Source of the DNA: an uncultured Methanosarcinaceae archaeon
GTDB lineage: Archaea; Halobacteriota; Methanosarcinia; Methanosarcinales; Methanosarcinaceae
Direction of reading: 5' to 3'
DNA length: 64,000 nt
Assembly: GCA_963833425.1 (NCBI GenBank)
Contig: CAWHXP010000006.1
Span: 1-64,000, forward strand
The notes beneath the pieces were generated by a model. It was not told the origin of the DNA, made no database searches, and saw only the letters and a program-made list of their open reading frames with translations. The position numbers and the translations under genes are program-made. Numbering within the stretch: the first letter of the stretch is position 1; each line of letters begins with the position of its first letter. Shown piece by piece: positions 10,286 to 21,882 of the stretch.

Positions 10286-11069
10286 TGTAAATTATGTAGT
10301 GCCAGAAAGCGATAAGTAATTAATGCATTTTAGATATGTATGGTTTAGAAAATTCCAATTTGTGTAAGAATGGAGCAAGAGAGTCATGAATAATTGCTGA
10401 CTCTTTTTTAATGGTATTCATAATGTTTTGCTTTATGCCCTTATCAAAAAGGCAACTGGATATATAATGATTTGCTGAATTTTTCCGAAAAAGGAAGTCT
10501 TAACCATAAGTTTACGAATTTTGTCCTTTCCTTCCAGTTTATATATTTTAATTTGATTAATAATCTTTGAATTTTTATCGACATCTTCAAGCTTAAAAAT
10601 ACTGGTGTCTTGGAATATCATAATATTCTCCATTTTTTTGATAAAATTTTATATAATAAGATATATCTAGTAATTTTTCGTATTATTTTGCTAATCCTAA
10701 TTGGAATATCATTGATAAAAACTCTCAAGTTTATTTTAATCACTTTATCAACAATCTGAATAATCAGGAAAATTCCGAATCATCCCATTCTACCAGAACA
10801 ACCTGGCCTGGAAATGGCTACCTCTCAGGTTAATTAATTATTTTTATAAACTGTTAGAGTATTCAAAATAAAACTTTTATTGCAGGAAGCGATAATGAAC
10901 TGAAATCAACCATAATCTATAACTTCTAGTTCCAATAATATTTTTGGATTGAATTCAATAATCACATATGGTATTCGAAACAGTGCATAAAAATTATTAA
11001 ACTATGACAAAATGATATATATTTACCTTTTTCTATAGTTTCTCCCTAACAACAAGTACTATTTTTTTC

Positions 11070-11520
11070 GAGCGGCTAACCAAATTTCAGAGCTTTTTTA
11101 AGCTTTCTTTTGTATCATTCAATGGATTCCTCAAGGGTTTCAAATTCTTCTCAGAACATTTTGCAAGTATCGGTTAATCCCTAATTTTTCATTGTCTCTA
11201 TCGAACTCTCTAACTCAGAAACCATCCTTATTAATTCTATGTGTATCAAATTCACTACCATGATTCATTTGATCCATTAATAGTTTCTTCAATGATCATA
11301 TAGCCCATAGCTCTCTGAAAAGTAATTATATAATTGCGATCGTGTTTAGCTTATTGAAATTAACATATCCTCTACCAACAATAATCACTTGATGTGCAAT
11401 CAAGAATAGAGTAGATTTGAGCTTTATGAGGAGATTCTCATGTCAGTCTATGCGCCCAACAAGCATGCTATTTTCACGTTCATATTTGCACCATTTCCTT
11501 CTGCGTCTATTTTTTCTGTC
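11070..11520 (-). pseudogene. IS481 family transposase remnant
   Basis: RRRKWCKYERENSMLVGRID*HE and NHGSEFDTHRINKDG resemble the integrase-core motifs of archaeal IS481 transposases. Many stops. Confidence 0.65.
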
Positions 11521-12286
11521 CTTAAAGTTCAAAGTTAGTGCTGGTGACAATTGTGAGTCCCACTTTTCGCAGACGTGCACAAGAACGCCATCAATTTTCT
11601 CACGATGGCAGTAGCTTAAAAATTAATTTAATTTTTAATGGATAACAGAAACGAATAAGCAAATAAATTGCATATATGTATAATTTTACTAAATGTTGCA
11701 TGAATTTTGTTAATGAGATATTTTACTATTATCCCCAGCTTCCACGACCTGTTCAAGGTAACAAGCTCAAACTAATCATTGGGATAATTTTGATCAATTA
11801 GCTTTATTAAGCAAAGATTATTTTTTTGGAAGCCAAATTTAAGCCAACAAGAAGTCCTTAATCAGAGTATACATAGTACTTCTCCAAAATTTGTCGAACT
11901 CGGTATGCTGAGATCCACCGAATCTGATTTCCACTGAATATTATTTATGGTGAAAACATGTTCTCAATTCTTTTTATAAATGATGAGCCATATGATCTTT
12001 CAGGAGTTGAACATTAAAGTGAAATCTTCAATCGAACCTTCTTATTGAATCTGCAGAGTAAATCTAAAACCAAGAACATCTTCAAAAAACAACTGTAAGC
12101 TACCTATAATACGATAATTTCGTTTTTAGTTCAAAATTATTGTGTCACATTGCAATGGACTTATTGCAGCCCTAATATGACAGTTTGATTTTTATGTTGA
12201 AAGGAGATATTCATTATTTCAACATAAAAATCAAACTGTCATATAGGGTACAAACTCTTTCATACAATCTCGGAATCGATGACTTT

Positions 12287-15094
12287 CTACTTTTTTCTCA
12301 CAGAATCCCGCAGGAACTTATGCAAAATTCCGCCGTTCAAGTAGTACTCTATTTCAACAGTAGAATCGAGTCTCAATATCACATTAAAATTTATTTCCTC
12401 CTCTTTTTCGTTCTTTACCCTTACGAAAAGTTCTCCATGAGGCTCCATGTTTTCAATGCCCAAGATATCATAACTTTCCTTTCCTGTGAGGGCGAAAGTA
12501 TCTGCATTTTCTCCATTTTTAAATTGCAGTGGAAGAACTCCCATGCCTACAAGATTGCTTCTATGGATGCGTTCAAAGGATTCGGCAATGATTGCCTTTA
12601 CTCCAAGGAAAAATGTACCTTTAGCTGCCCAATCTCTGGAACTTCCTGTCCCATATTCCTTTCCTGCAAGAATAATTAAGGGAATATTATTTTCAGCATA
12701 AAGCATAGCTGCGTCATAGATTGAAATTCCTCTGAATGATTCATTTGGGAAATCTTCTTTTTGAGGATTGTATAAAGTCCAGCCCCCTTCCTCGGTCACG
12801 AGTTTATTCCTGAGTCGAATGTTCCCGAAGGTTCCGCGCATCATTACCTCATGATTACCCCTGCGAGATCCATAAGAGTTGAAGTTTTCAGGATCCACAC
12901 CCCAGGATATAAGGTATTTGCCTGCAGGACTATCTGATGGGATATCCCCTGCAGGAGATATATGATCTGTGGTGATGCTATCTCCGAAAAAGGCTAGGAC
13001 TCTAGCATTCCTTATTTCCTCCGGCAAAGGCGAAACGAGTGAAAAATCCCCAAAATAGGGCGGTTCTTGGATATAGGTTGATATTGGGTTCCAATTATAG
13101 AGTTTACTGGATGGAGCTTTTAACTCTTTCCAAATTTTAGGACCCTCCAAAAAGCCTGAATACTCTTTATTGAACATTGAAGGTTTAATACTGCTCTTCT
13201 CAACATCTCTGATTTCCCCCCCTGCAGGCCAGATGTCCTTGAGGTAAACAGAGCGCCCATTGGGGTCATGAGCAAGTGGATCAGTTTCTAGATTAATATT
13301 TACAGTACCTGCGATTGCGTAGGCGACTACAAGAGGGGGAGAAGCAAGATAATTTGCTTTAACAAGTGGATTGATCCTTCCTTCAAAATTTCGATTGCCA
13401 CTAATTACGGCTGCAACCGTGAGATCGTTTTTTTTCACTTCCTTTGCAACTTGTTCCGGCAGAGGTCCACTATTCCCTATACAGGTCATACAACCGTAGC
13501 CAACCGTATGAAAACCTAGGTTTTCTAGATAAGGCATCAGGCCTGCAGATCTCAGATATTCCTTAGCTACTCTTGAACCAGGGGATAAACTAGTTTTTAC
13601 ATACGGCTTAACATGCAGGCCCTTTTCTACTGCCTTTTTTGCGAGCAGCCCAGCTCCTATGAGCATAAATGGATTTGATGTGTTGGTACAGGAGGTGATG
13701 GATGCAATTACTACAGAACCATGCGTTACCCTGAAAGTCCTCTCTGGAAATTCCATTCTCTTTACATCTTCTTCGATAAGGGGCTCAAATTCCTCTACAG
13801 GTGTCCCACCTTCTCCTATCCAGCGCTGGTAAGCAGGATCTCTGGAAAGCTCAATTGAAGCTTCTTTCTTCCTAATAAAGATTTGCTGCATTGTTTCACG
13901 GTATTTTTCAGGAACTTCACTCAAAAAGAGCTGGTCGTGGGGGCTTTTCGGACCCGCAAGGCAGGACTTAACAGTACTCATATCAAGGTCCAGGGTACTG
14001 TTAAACATAGGTTCAGGTTTGTGGATTGAATATAGGAGATCCTGAGCTTCAAGGTACTTTTTCACAAGATCAACCTGTTCTTCTTCTCTGCCAGTCTTTC
14101 TCAAGTAGTTCAGAGTCTCAGTGTCAGGCGGGAAAATTCCAAGAGTTGCACCATATTCCGGAGCCATGTTGGATATAGTTGCTCTATCCGGGAGGCTCAG
14201 GGAGCTTAAGCCAGGCCCATAAAATTCCACGAATTTACCAACAACGCCCTTGTTTCTTAGCATTTTAGTGATTGTCAGGACAAGATCTGTGGCATTAACG
14301 TCTGAATTAAGTTTTCCGTATAGCTTGAAGCCAACAACATCAGGGACAGGAATATAGTAAGGCTGGCCAAGCATTACTGCTTCGGCTTCTATACCTCCAA
14401 CACCCCAGCCTAATACTCCTATCCCGTTGATCATTGTGGTATGTGAGTCCGTCCCTAAAAGAGTATCCGGGAATGCGAACAGCTCTCCCTCCTTCTCGTT
14501 GAGATGTACAAGCGGTGTCAGATATTCAAGGTTCACTTGATGAATGATTCCTCTACCTGGAGGTACAACTCTGAAATTTTCAAAGGCTTTCTGGGCCCAA
14601 CAGAGGACAGAATATCGTTCTCTGTTACGTTCAAACTCTTTCTTCTCATTTTCCTCAAGAGCGTACGCTGTCCCATAAAAATCAACCTGAACTGAGTGGT
14701 CAATTACGAGATCTACAGGGATGACAGGTTTTATTTTTTCGGGATCTTCTCCTAGACGCTGCATTGCCGAACGGAGGGCCGCCAGATCTACTACAGCAGG
14801 AACACCCGTAAAGTCTTGCATGATTACCCTTGATGGAATGAAAGGGATATCTCTCTCACTCATATTTTCAGGAGTCCAGCCAGCAAGAGTCCATACATCC
14901 TCGGCAGTTATTATTTGCTTATCAGTATCTCCATGCCGGAGCAGGGACTCAAGCAGGATTTTTATAGAATATGGGAGTAGAGAAATTCCTTCAAAACCCT
15001 TTTCTCTAAGTTTACTCAATCTGTAAATCGTAGCTTTTCCAGAAGCTGTTTCGATAATATCTCTTACCCCAAAGGGGTCATGGCCTTCTCTCAT
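12287..15094 (-). CDS. acnA: Aconitate hydratase A
   Basis: 935 aa. QDFTGVPAVVDLAA, DSHT, ITSCTNTSNP, GYGCMTCIGNSG, TTDHISPAG, GSSRDWAAKG. Confidence 0.97.
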   Translation of the reverse strand: MREGHDPFGVRDIIETASGKATIYRLSKLREKGFEGISLLPYSIKILLESLLRHGDTDKQIITAEDVWTLAGWTPENMSERDIPFIPSRVIMQDFTGVPAVVDLAALRSAMQRLGEDPEKIKPVIPVDLVIDHSVQVDFYGTAYALEENEKKEFERNRERYSVLCWAQKAFENFRVVPPGRGIIHQVNLEYLTPLVHLNEKEGELFAFPDTLLGTDSHTTMINGIGVLGWGVGGIEAEAVMLGQPYYIPVPDVVGFKLYGKLNSDVNATDLVLTITKMLRNKGVVGKFVEFYGPGLSSLSLPDRATISNMAPEYGATLGIFPPDTETLNYLRKTGREEEQVDLVKKYLEAQDLLYSIHKPEPMFNSTLDLDMSTVKSCLAGPKSPHDQLFLSEVPEKYRETMQQIFIRKKEASIELSRDPAYQRWIGEGGTPVEEFEPLIEEDVKRMEFPERTFRVTHGSVVIASITSCTNTSNPFMLIGAGLLAKKAVEKGLHVKPYVKTSLSPGSRVAKEYLRSAGLMPYLENLGFHTVGYGCMTCIGNSGPLPEQVAKEVKKNDLTVAAVISGNRNFEGRINPLVKANYLASPPLVVAYAIAGTVNINLETDPLAHDPNGRSVYLKDIWPAGGEIRDVEKSSIKPSMFNKEYSGFLEGPKIWKELKAPSSKLYNWNPISTYIQEPPYFGDFSLVSPLPEEIRNARVLAFFGDSITTDHISPAGDIPSDSPAGKYLISWGVDPENFNSYGSRRGNHEVMMRGTFGNIRLRNKLVTEEGGWTLYNPQKEDFPNESFRGISIYDAAMLYAENNIPLIILAGKEYGTGSSRDWAAKGTFFLGVKAIIAESFERIHRSNLVGMGVLPLQFKNGENADTFALTGKESYDILGIENMEPHGELFVRVKNEKEEEINFNVILRLDSTVEIEYYLNGGILHKFLRDSVRKK

Positions 15095-16093
15095 TATTCC
15101 TTACCTCCAGCAAAAAGATGAAATTGAAAATAATTTATCATGACTCTCTCTTTATTCTATGGAAGCTTTTCTATCCTGATACATTTTATTCCTTCTGGCT
15201 TAATATCAAATTTTTTAAATGTGGAAGTTTTCCAATGCTAATAGCTTTACTGTAGTGCACCGATTATTCTGTAAAATTCACAACGTTCAGGAAGTTATGA
15301 GGGGAGAATAAGGTATCTAAGAACCAATTGCATACAGCTTTCAAGACTATGACTCCAAATTTACAATAAATCTAAACATTGCCTTCCGTTATTTTACCCT
15401 CAAATGTACATGGATATTCTCAAATTAAATATCATAAAAGGTTTTTAGCCCACCTTCACTCAAATATATATCATTTAAAAAATTTATATTGTTGCTTCTG
15501 GTTCTTTATTTCAGTCTTAATCGGTAATTTTATTATTTTCAACTTTCTCAATTTTTCTTGTCAAAATTATACTTATCAGTAACCAACATAAAAATCAAGT
15601 TTTTCTAATAGAAAATTAATCTTGATATTTTCAATCTGCTGACTCTTGTTATCATTCTATGAAACACCAGGCCTTCCATGGCCCCTCCATCCAGATTATT
15701 CCGGTTGAATAATTCTATGTAAGGTGCACAACAACAAAATTCGACAAGTGCATAAATTACATTTGGTTTTCACTATGTTTTTCTCCACGTAGAGCTTAAA
15801 GTGAGTCACTACAATTGCTTGGCAATTCCCTTAATAATACGGTATTTTATCACAAAAAACTTATTGTATTGACAGAATATATTTATAAAAAAGAAAAATG
15901 TTAAAGTAATAGAGCCTAAAATTTAACTTTGAATCGTATGAAGAAAACAGAATATAAAGCCAATTTATAAGCGTCTGATAAAATAGGGGCCTATCAACAA
16001 ATCTTAAATTCCTGATTCTATCTAATTAAGTTTGAAGAATAAATTTGTAGGGAAGTGCGATTTTCGCTCAAATCATTAAGAAGGAGACCACAC

Positions 16094-17449
16094 ATGTCAT
16101 TATTCGGAACTAACGGTGTACGTGGTATAGCTAACGAATATCTAAATCCAGAACTTACATTCAATTTGGCAAGAAGCCTTGGTACATACATGGGTTCAAA
16201 AGGCACAGTTGCCATAGGCTGTGATACCCGTATATCTGGGCAGATGTTGAAATCAGCTGCAATTTCCGGAGCTCTTTCAACGGGATTGAATGTGATTGAT
16301 GTGGGAGTTGTTCCCACCCCTTCTATCCAGTATTATGTTCGAGACTACGCCGATGCCGGGATTATTATTACCGCGTCCCACAATCCAAGAGAATATAATG
16401 GGATCAAATTTATTTCAGGAGATGGCTCGGAGTTTCCCAGGGATGGAGAAAAGAACATCGAGGAAATTTATTACTCAAAGAAATATGGCATCGTATCCTG
16501 GGAAAAAACCGGTAACTTCAGAGTGGATCCCGTAGTCAATGAGTACTATACCAAAAACATCATCCATTCAGTAGATGCCGAAAATATTCGCATCCACAGA
16601 TTCAAGGTAGTTGCTGATACTGGCTGTGGAGCAGGTTCTCTTACACTCCCTTTTTTACTGCGTGAATTGGGCTGCCAGGTGCTCACTCTTGGAGCTCAGC
16701 CTGACGGAACTTTCCCTTGGCGAAACCCAGAACCCACACCTGAAGCCCTAACTGAACTATTAAATCTTGTAAAAATAACAGGAGCTGATATGGGAGTAGC
16801 TCATGACGGGGATGCGGATAGAATTGTGTTTATAGATGAAAATGGGGTTTTAATAAACGATGAAGTTCTGCTTGCCATGATGGCAAAACATATGCTTGAA
16901 CATGAAAGTGGACCTCTTGTAACCCCTGTTAGCTCTTCGCAGCGTATGTCAGATGTCGCAAATGAGGCAGGAGTTGAACTTTACTGGACTGCTGTTGGCT
17001 CTATAAATGTCGCCCGAAAGATGATGGAAATTAATGCAATATTCGGTGGAGAAGGTAATGGAGGCCTCATTTTTCCCAAACATCAGTATTGTAGAGATGG
17101 AGCAATGGCCTGTGCCAAAATTCTTGAAATCTTGGCCAGTGGAAAGAGACTTTCAGAGCTTGCTAAAAGTGTGCCTGAATATTTCAACGCAAAGACTAAA
17201 ATTCCCTCTAAAAATCCGCAGGCTACAATGGAAAGAGTGATACTTAAAGCTTCAAAACTAGGGTTCAAAATAGATACTACAGATGGAATCAAAATATGGT
17301 ACGAAGACGGCTGGGTTCTTATTCGACCCTCTGGTACGGAACCATTTTTCAGAATATTTGCTGAGGCAAAAAAGCAGTTAAGAGCAGAAGAACTCATGCA
17401 TGAAGGTGTGAATATGGTCATAAGAGGAGAGAATGTTTCAAACATCTGA
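16094..17449 (+). CDS. glmM: Phosphoglucosamine mutase / phosphomannomutase family
   Basis: LFGTNGVRG, ITASHNP, DGDADR, RPSGTEP. AAGGAG RBS before the ATG at 16094. Substrate specificity not resolvable. Confidence 0.88.
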   Translation: MSLFGTNGVRGIANEYLNPELTFNLARSLGTYMGSKGTVAIGCDTRISGQMLKSAAISGALSTGLNVIDVGVVPTPSIQYYVRDYADAGIIITASHNPREYNGIKFISGDGSEFPRDGEKNIEEIYYSKKYGIVSWEKTGNFRVDPVVNEYYTKNIIHSVDAENIRIHRFKVVADTGCGAGSLTLPFLLRELGCQVLTLGAQPDGTFPWRNPEPTPEALTELLNLVKITGADMGVAHDGDADRIVFIDENGVLINDEVLLAMMAKHMLEHESGPLVTPVSSSQRMSDVANEAGVELYWTAVGSINVARKMMEINAIFGGEGNGGLIFPKHQYCRDGAMACAKILEILASGKRLSELAKSVPEYFNAKTKIPSKNPQATMERVILKASKLGFKIDTTDGIKIWYEDGWVLIRPSGTEPFFRIFAEAKKQLRAEELMHEGVNMVIRGENVSNI

Positions 17450-17727
17450 TATCTTTTTTTGTAAGTTATCTGGAAAATCTGAAGTTTTGTAGGAATTAAG
17501 TTTGTTTTTGAATCTTAAACTCCTTTTCAAGTATCCTTTTTTAAGTATGCATCTCTTTATTTTTTCATTTTTTTCAGTGTGATTCCTTACTTTAAGTACA
17601 ATATAAATATTTTATTCGAGTTGTGATCAATTAGCAAATTTACTATAATTACTTAAATTTACAATTTCAAAGACACAGATTCCAATTAATAAGATCATTT
17701 TGGTATCTATCCGTATATCTTCTTTTT

Positions 17728-18852
17728 TCATATCTTCCTATTTTTTTCCCAGTACCCCGCGAGTTTGCCTCCAAGGGCAAGTTTTCCGAGCTCACTCCGA
17801 ACTCTGTCACTGACTTCTGCTGGAACTACAGATGAATACGGTGTTCCTGGAAGTGGGGTCAGGTAGTGTACTCTGACAGTTCCTCCTCTCTTGCAGATCC
17901 AGTGAATCATGTCAAGGTTTTTTTCCTGATCCTCTTCGGTTTCTTTTGGGAAGCCGAAGATGAAGTCTACTATTGGAATAATGTTATATTTCAGGCAACA
18001 TTCCACGGCCGAGATACTATCTTCTACAGTATGTCCCCTCTGGATCTTTTTGAGAATACGATTGCTTCCGGACTGGGCCCCAAAGCTAAGACTGTAGTTT
18101 GTGCAATACTTCCTCAAAAGTTCGACAGATTCTTCAGTCACAAATTCGGGGCGCACCTCTGAAGGGAAGGTCCCAAAATATATTTTTTTATTGGACATTT
18201 CGTGGAGGGAAGAAAGCAATTTTTCCACTTTGTCAAATCTTGGATGAATTCCATCACTTCCATAAGCAAAGGCATTCGAAGCTATAAATCGAAGGTCTCT
18301 ATAGTATTCTGAATTTTTTAAGATTGAATTTATACTTCTGTGCCTGATTTCTCTTCCGAACAACCTGGGGGTCTGACAGTATTTACAACCCCAGGGACAT
18401 CCCCTACTGATTTCAATCGGAGCACGAAGTTTTTTTGGGTCAAAACAGGGGTAGCTATCCAAATTTATATAGGGTCTTTTAGGGGTTATGACAATTTTGC
18501 CTGTTCCAGAATCTTTATATGCAATACCTCTTATTTTTCTCGGATCCCCTCCTTCCTGCAAAACCTTCACTAGTTCCGGAAGGGTCTCTTCACCTTCTCC
18601 GAGGACAACATAATCAAAGTATTCAAGCGTTTCATCTGGAACTCCTGATGGGTGAGGACCTCCTGCAATAAAAATCGAACCCATTTCTGCATTTTTTACT
18701 TCCGTGAAAACCTTTTCTGCCTGCAGCGTTGTAAAACTGTAAATCATGATACCTTTTAGCGGCCTATCTGCAAACAAGGCTTCTGGTAACAAAGGAGCAA
18801 GGACTGCAAAGCTATAGGAATTTTTTTTAGTGTAACGAAAGTGCACATCCAT
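17728..18852 (-). CDS. B12-binding domain / radical SAM protein
   Basis: AGGPHP and GEGE (cobalamin-binding-like), plus SRGCPWGCKYC (CxxxCxxC). Confidence 0.9.
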   Translation of the reverse strand: MDVHFRYTKKNSYSFAVLAPLLPEALFADRPLKGIMIYSFTTLQAEKVFTEVKNAEMGSIFIAGGPHPSGVPDETLEYFDYVVLGEGEETLPELVKVLQEGGDPRKIRGIAYKDSGTGKIVITPKRPYINLDSYPCFDPKKLRAPIEISRGCPWGCKYCQTPRLFGREIRHRSINSILKNSEYYRDLRFIASNAFAYGSDGIHPRFDKVEKLLSSLHEMSNKKIYFGTFPSEVRPEFVTEESVELLRKYCTNYSLSFGAQSGSNRILKKIQRGHTVEDSISAVECCLKYNIIPIVDFIFGFPKETEEDQEKNLDMIHWICKRGGTVRVHYLTPLPGTPYSSVVPAEVSDRVRSELGKLALGGKLAGYWEKNRKI

Positions 18853-18888
18853 TATTTTTTTCTCCTCTTTTTAGGAATTTCTGTTCCC

Positions 18889-20019
18889 TCATGCAGTAAG
18901 TTTAAAAGGAATCAGAGTAAAGCATAGAATCCCAAGCATAAACATAACAATTCCAATAATGATGCGTTTCCTATCTAGTTCTACTTCATCATGTAGAGGA
19001 GGTGGATGCCCCATTGCTGCGAAAGCCCATAGGAGAACAGCCCAGAAAATCCATATAAGTCCGTCCTCCTTCAGCCAACAAATTACATAGAGCCCTACAA
19101 GAAGCAGGATACTTGGCATTAGAGCAAAAATCATTTCTGCCTTTTTGCCCAACATAGCCCTGATTATATGTCCTCCGTCAAGCTGGCCTGCAGGAAGAAG
19201 ATTGAGAAGAGTTACTAACATTCCTACCCAGCCTGCAAAGGATACAGGATGTATGTTTCCTTCCTTAGCACCTGTAAGGTTCTGGATAAATACAAAAAGA
19301 GGAGGCAGGCCTATATTATATATCAGGAAGTCCGGTATATGTTTAGATGGTGGTAATTTAAGATTAAATCCTATGAAAGTAACTGCGACAGACAGCAGTA
19401 ATCCCGCCAAAGGTCCTGCAATCCCTATATCAAAAAGTGCTTTTCGACTTGGTAGAGGCCCTTTATACCGAATTACTGCTCCCATAGTACCGATAAAAGC
19501 TGGGAACGGTATGAAGTAGGGAAGTGAGACCTCCATTCCGTAGTACTTGGCCATCACATAGTGGGCCATCTCATGGGAACCGAGAACTGCCATTATTGCA
19601 AGAGTAAAAGGTAAACCTTTGAAAAGTTGGAGAGGCTCGTTTAGGGGGTCTAACCCAAACAACCAGGCTCCGCAAATCATGGTTGTAAAAAAAGTCGCTA
19701 TGAAAAGGACAAGGATTATCCAGATATTTTCCGTTGTCTTTTTTTCAGGGGCAGCGAGCAGAAAATATTCTCCAAGTTCATACTTTAGATTACATCTAAA
19801 ACCAAAATGATGGAACTGTTTCCATAATTCTCCCTCAATTCTTTCATCATCGATTTTTGGAATTCCATAGAAATATAGGACTTCTCCAAATTTTTGAATT
19901 TCATACACTTCAAATACCTTGATTATGGAGGGATATAAATATGAAATCGATTTTTCGGAATCTAGTTTCTTATCACTATTTTTATGATTTTTTATTTCCT
20001 GGTTCACTTTGGTGTTCAT
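18889..20019 (-). CDS. Site-2 protease (peptidase M50)
   Basis: HEMAH, NLLPAGQLDGGH, multiple transmembrane segments. Start MNTKV preferred over the longer ORF call. Confidence 0.9.
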   Translation of the reverse strand: MNTKVNQEIKNHKNSDKKLDSEKSISYLYPSIIKVFEVYEIQKFGEVLYFYGIPKIDDERIEGELWKQFHHFGFRCNLKYELGEYFLLAAPEKKTTENIWIILVLFIATFFTTMICGAWLFGLDPLNEPLQLFKGLPFTLAIMAVLGSHEMAHYVMAKYYGMEVSLPYFIPFPAFIGTMGAVIRYKGPLPSRKALFDIGIAGPLAGLLLSVAVTFIGFNLKLPPSKHIPDFLIYNIGLPPLFVFIQNLTGAKEGNIHPVSFAGWVGMLVTLLNLLPAGQLDGGHIIRAMLGKKAEMIFALMPSILLLVGLYVICWLKEDGLIWIFWAVLLWAFAAMGHPPPLHDEVELDRKRIIIGIVMFMLGILCFTLIPFKLTA

Positions 20020-20192
20020 GTTTCTGCAGCTTAATATTTCATTTTCAGGCTTAGGTATTTTCAATTTAAAATTTCGAAAATCTTGATAAATCTCAAATTT
20101 CAACAAATTGCTTATATAGGTATTATATTCAACCAACCAAAGATAGTAGTTTGTATAAATCTTCTTTAGTGTATCAGTTTCTGTTTTACTTA

Positions 20193-20627
20193 TTATTTTT
20201 CGATCCCTTTTTCTTCCTTTTCGATAACTTCTATATATCCCTCGCTTCCATTAACCAAAACAAGGTCTCCATTTTTTAAAATTTTGTAAGGATTTTTTTC
20301 GAGCATATCAATGAGTGGGATTTCGGAAATAATGGCCCCAACCGCCACTATGGGTTCGGTCTCCAAATTTATAATTGCTGCAGGTGCAGCTCCATTTTTT
20401 TTAAGTTGATACATCACATACGACCCGACTGTAGAGCCTTTTCCATAGGGAAAAATAAGAACTTTATTTGTGATTGATTTACCTAAAATAGCGTGATGTG
20501 CTTCAGACACAACCCCAGTTTTGGGGTCTACACTGCCAAGGAAAGAAATTGGATCTGTGGAAAGCAGTACTTCTCCTTTTGCACACCCTCTGGAAATTGC
20601 CCTTCCTTTTACTTTAATGGGAATCAC
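20193..20627 (-). CDS. AcnX small (DUF126) subunit; phosphomevalonate dehydratase small subunit
   Basis: ISFLGSVDP.TG and GKGSTVGSY. GTG start at 20627 overlaps the large-subunit gene. Confidence 0.9.
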   Translation of the reverse strand: MIPIKVKGRAISRGCAKGEVLLSTDPISFLGSVDPKTGVVSEAHHAILGKSITNKVLIFPYGKGSTVGSYVMYQLKKNGAAPAAIINLETEPIVAVGAIISEIPLIDMLEKNPYKILKNGDLVLVNGSEGYIEVIEKEEKGIEK

Positions 20628-21819
20628 CTGCCTTTTTCTCCGTTTTGCCGAGTGCCTCTTCGATGCACTCCCCCATATTCCCATATACTGCTTCAGCCCC
20701 GCACATTCCTGGTATGTAAGAAAATGCTTTTCCTGAATTAACCATAACGCAGGAGTAACTGTTAGTAGCTGGCGAGACTACCATGCAAGTATCACAGACA
20801 ACTTTCGCTCCACTTTTTTCAATGATCCGAATGTAGTCCGGATAGCGTTTTGCAATTTCCCTTGAGGTAAAAATCCATAACTCTTTTGAAACTGTTTTCC
20901 CAACAAGGAGTTCAGCTACCCTTTTAAGTTCGGCCGCAGAGCAATGAGGACATCCGATAGTGATCAATTCAGGATCTTGACTTAGTTTTCCCCGACTCTC
21001 GTAGATTTCGTCTAACTGGTCTCTATAAATCGTAATTTTCTTCTCTGGTTCCTCAAAGTCCAACCTGCAAATCTCAGGTGTGACCCCATCCACGTGATAA
21101 AGGGCAACTGAACCTGTGGCTGCCATTGCAGCTCCAAGAGCTTTTAATTCGTCTGCTTTTGGGGCACATCTCAGATGAAAAACTGGCACTTTGTTCTTTA
21201 TCAGTTTGCCGACTACGTAGCCAAGTGCTCCATAATCAGATTCCTGTAACGGAAATTCTACATCAACTGAGACTTCAGGTACGCGGTTTTTATCTAGATG
21301 AAATCCGTAATTTGCAGTTTTCCCTATAAGGGCCGCAGAAAGAGCTGAAGGCCCACCTTCTCGATTTGTCCGAGCTCCAATCACAGAATTTACATAGGAG
21401 ACAGCCGACGACTCGCTCCATGCCAGGTGATCACCATAATAAACTTCAAAGCCCTCAAGAGTATATGGTGTGCATGTACATTCACAGCTGATACCTAACT
21501 TTTCATAGGCCTGAATAATTAATTTTTGCTTTTCCGCAAAGTTTGGCGAGATCCGGAGTCTTTCCCAATCTTTTAAGTCCATTCCCGCAGGATTTAGAAT
21601 CGCAGGGACCTTAACTCTATTTTGTAGATCTGAAATCCATTCAAGACCTGCGTCGCCTATAGTTTTATAGGAGACGCCTGCAATCTGTGCACTTTTTATA
21701 GGAATAAGCCTTTCTGCACCGTAAATATCTCCCAGGGTCACTAGGATCTCAATGGCCTGCCTTAGAGTATTTCCAGCTTCTCCATTCAGAATCTGTTCTT
21801 CTTCTTGTGTGAGGTACAT
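20614..21819 (-). CDS. AcnX large (DUF521) subunit; phosphomevalonate dehydratase large subunit
   Basis: MYLTQEEEQIL.GE.G, CTCTPY, WSESSA, GARTNREGG, GCPHCS, DTCMVVSP. Confidence 0.92.
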   Translation of the reverse strand: MYLTQEEEQILNGEAGNTLRQAIEILVTLGDIYGAERLIPIKSAQIAGVSYKTIGDAGLEWISDLQNRVKVPAILNPAGMDLKDWERLRISPNFAEKQKLIIQAYEKLGISCECTCTPYTLEGFEVYYGDHLAWSESSAVSYVNSVIGARTNREGGPSALSAALIGKTANYGFHLDKNRVPEVSVDVEFPLQESDYGALGYVVGKLIKNKVPVFHLRCAPKADELKALGAAMAATGSVALYHVDGVTPEICRLDFEEPEKKITIYRDQLDEIYESRGKLSQDPELITIGCPHCSAAELKRVAELLVGKTVSKELWIFTSREIAKRYPDYIRIIEKSGAKVVCDTCMVVSPATNSYSCVMVNSGKAFSYIPGMCGAEAVYGNMGECIEEALGKTEKKAGDSH

Positions 21820-21882
21820 GAAAATTCACTTTGTAGGTAGTGCTTGAAGAATCCTATTTCGTCTCTCTGCGATTTTTTAATA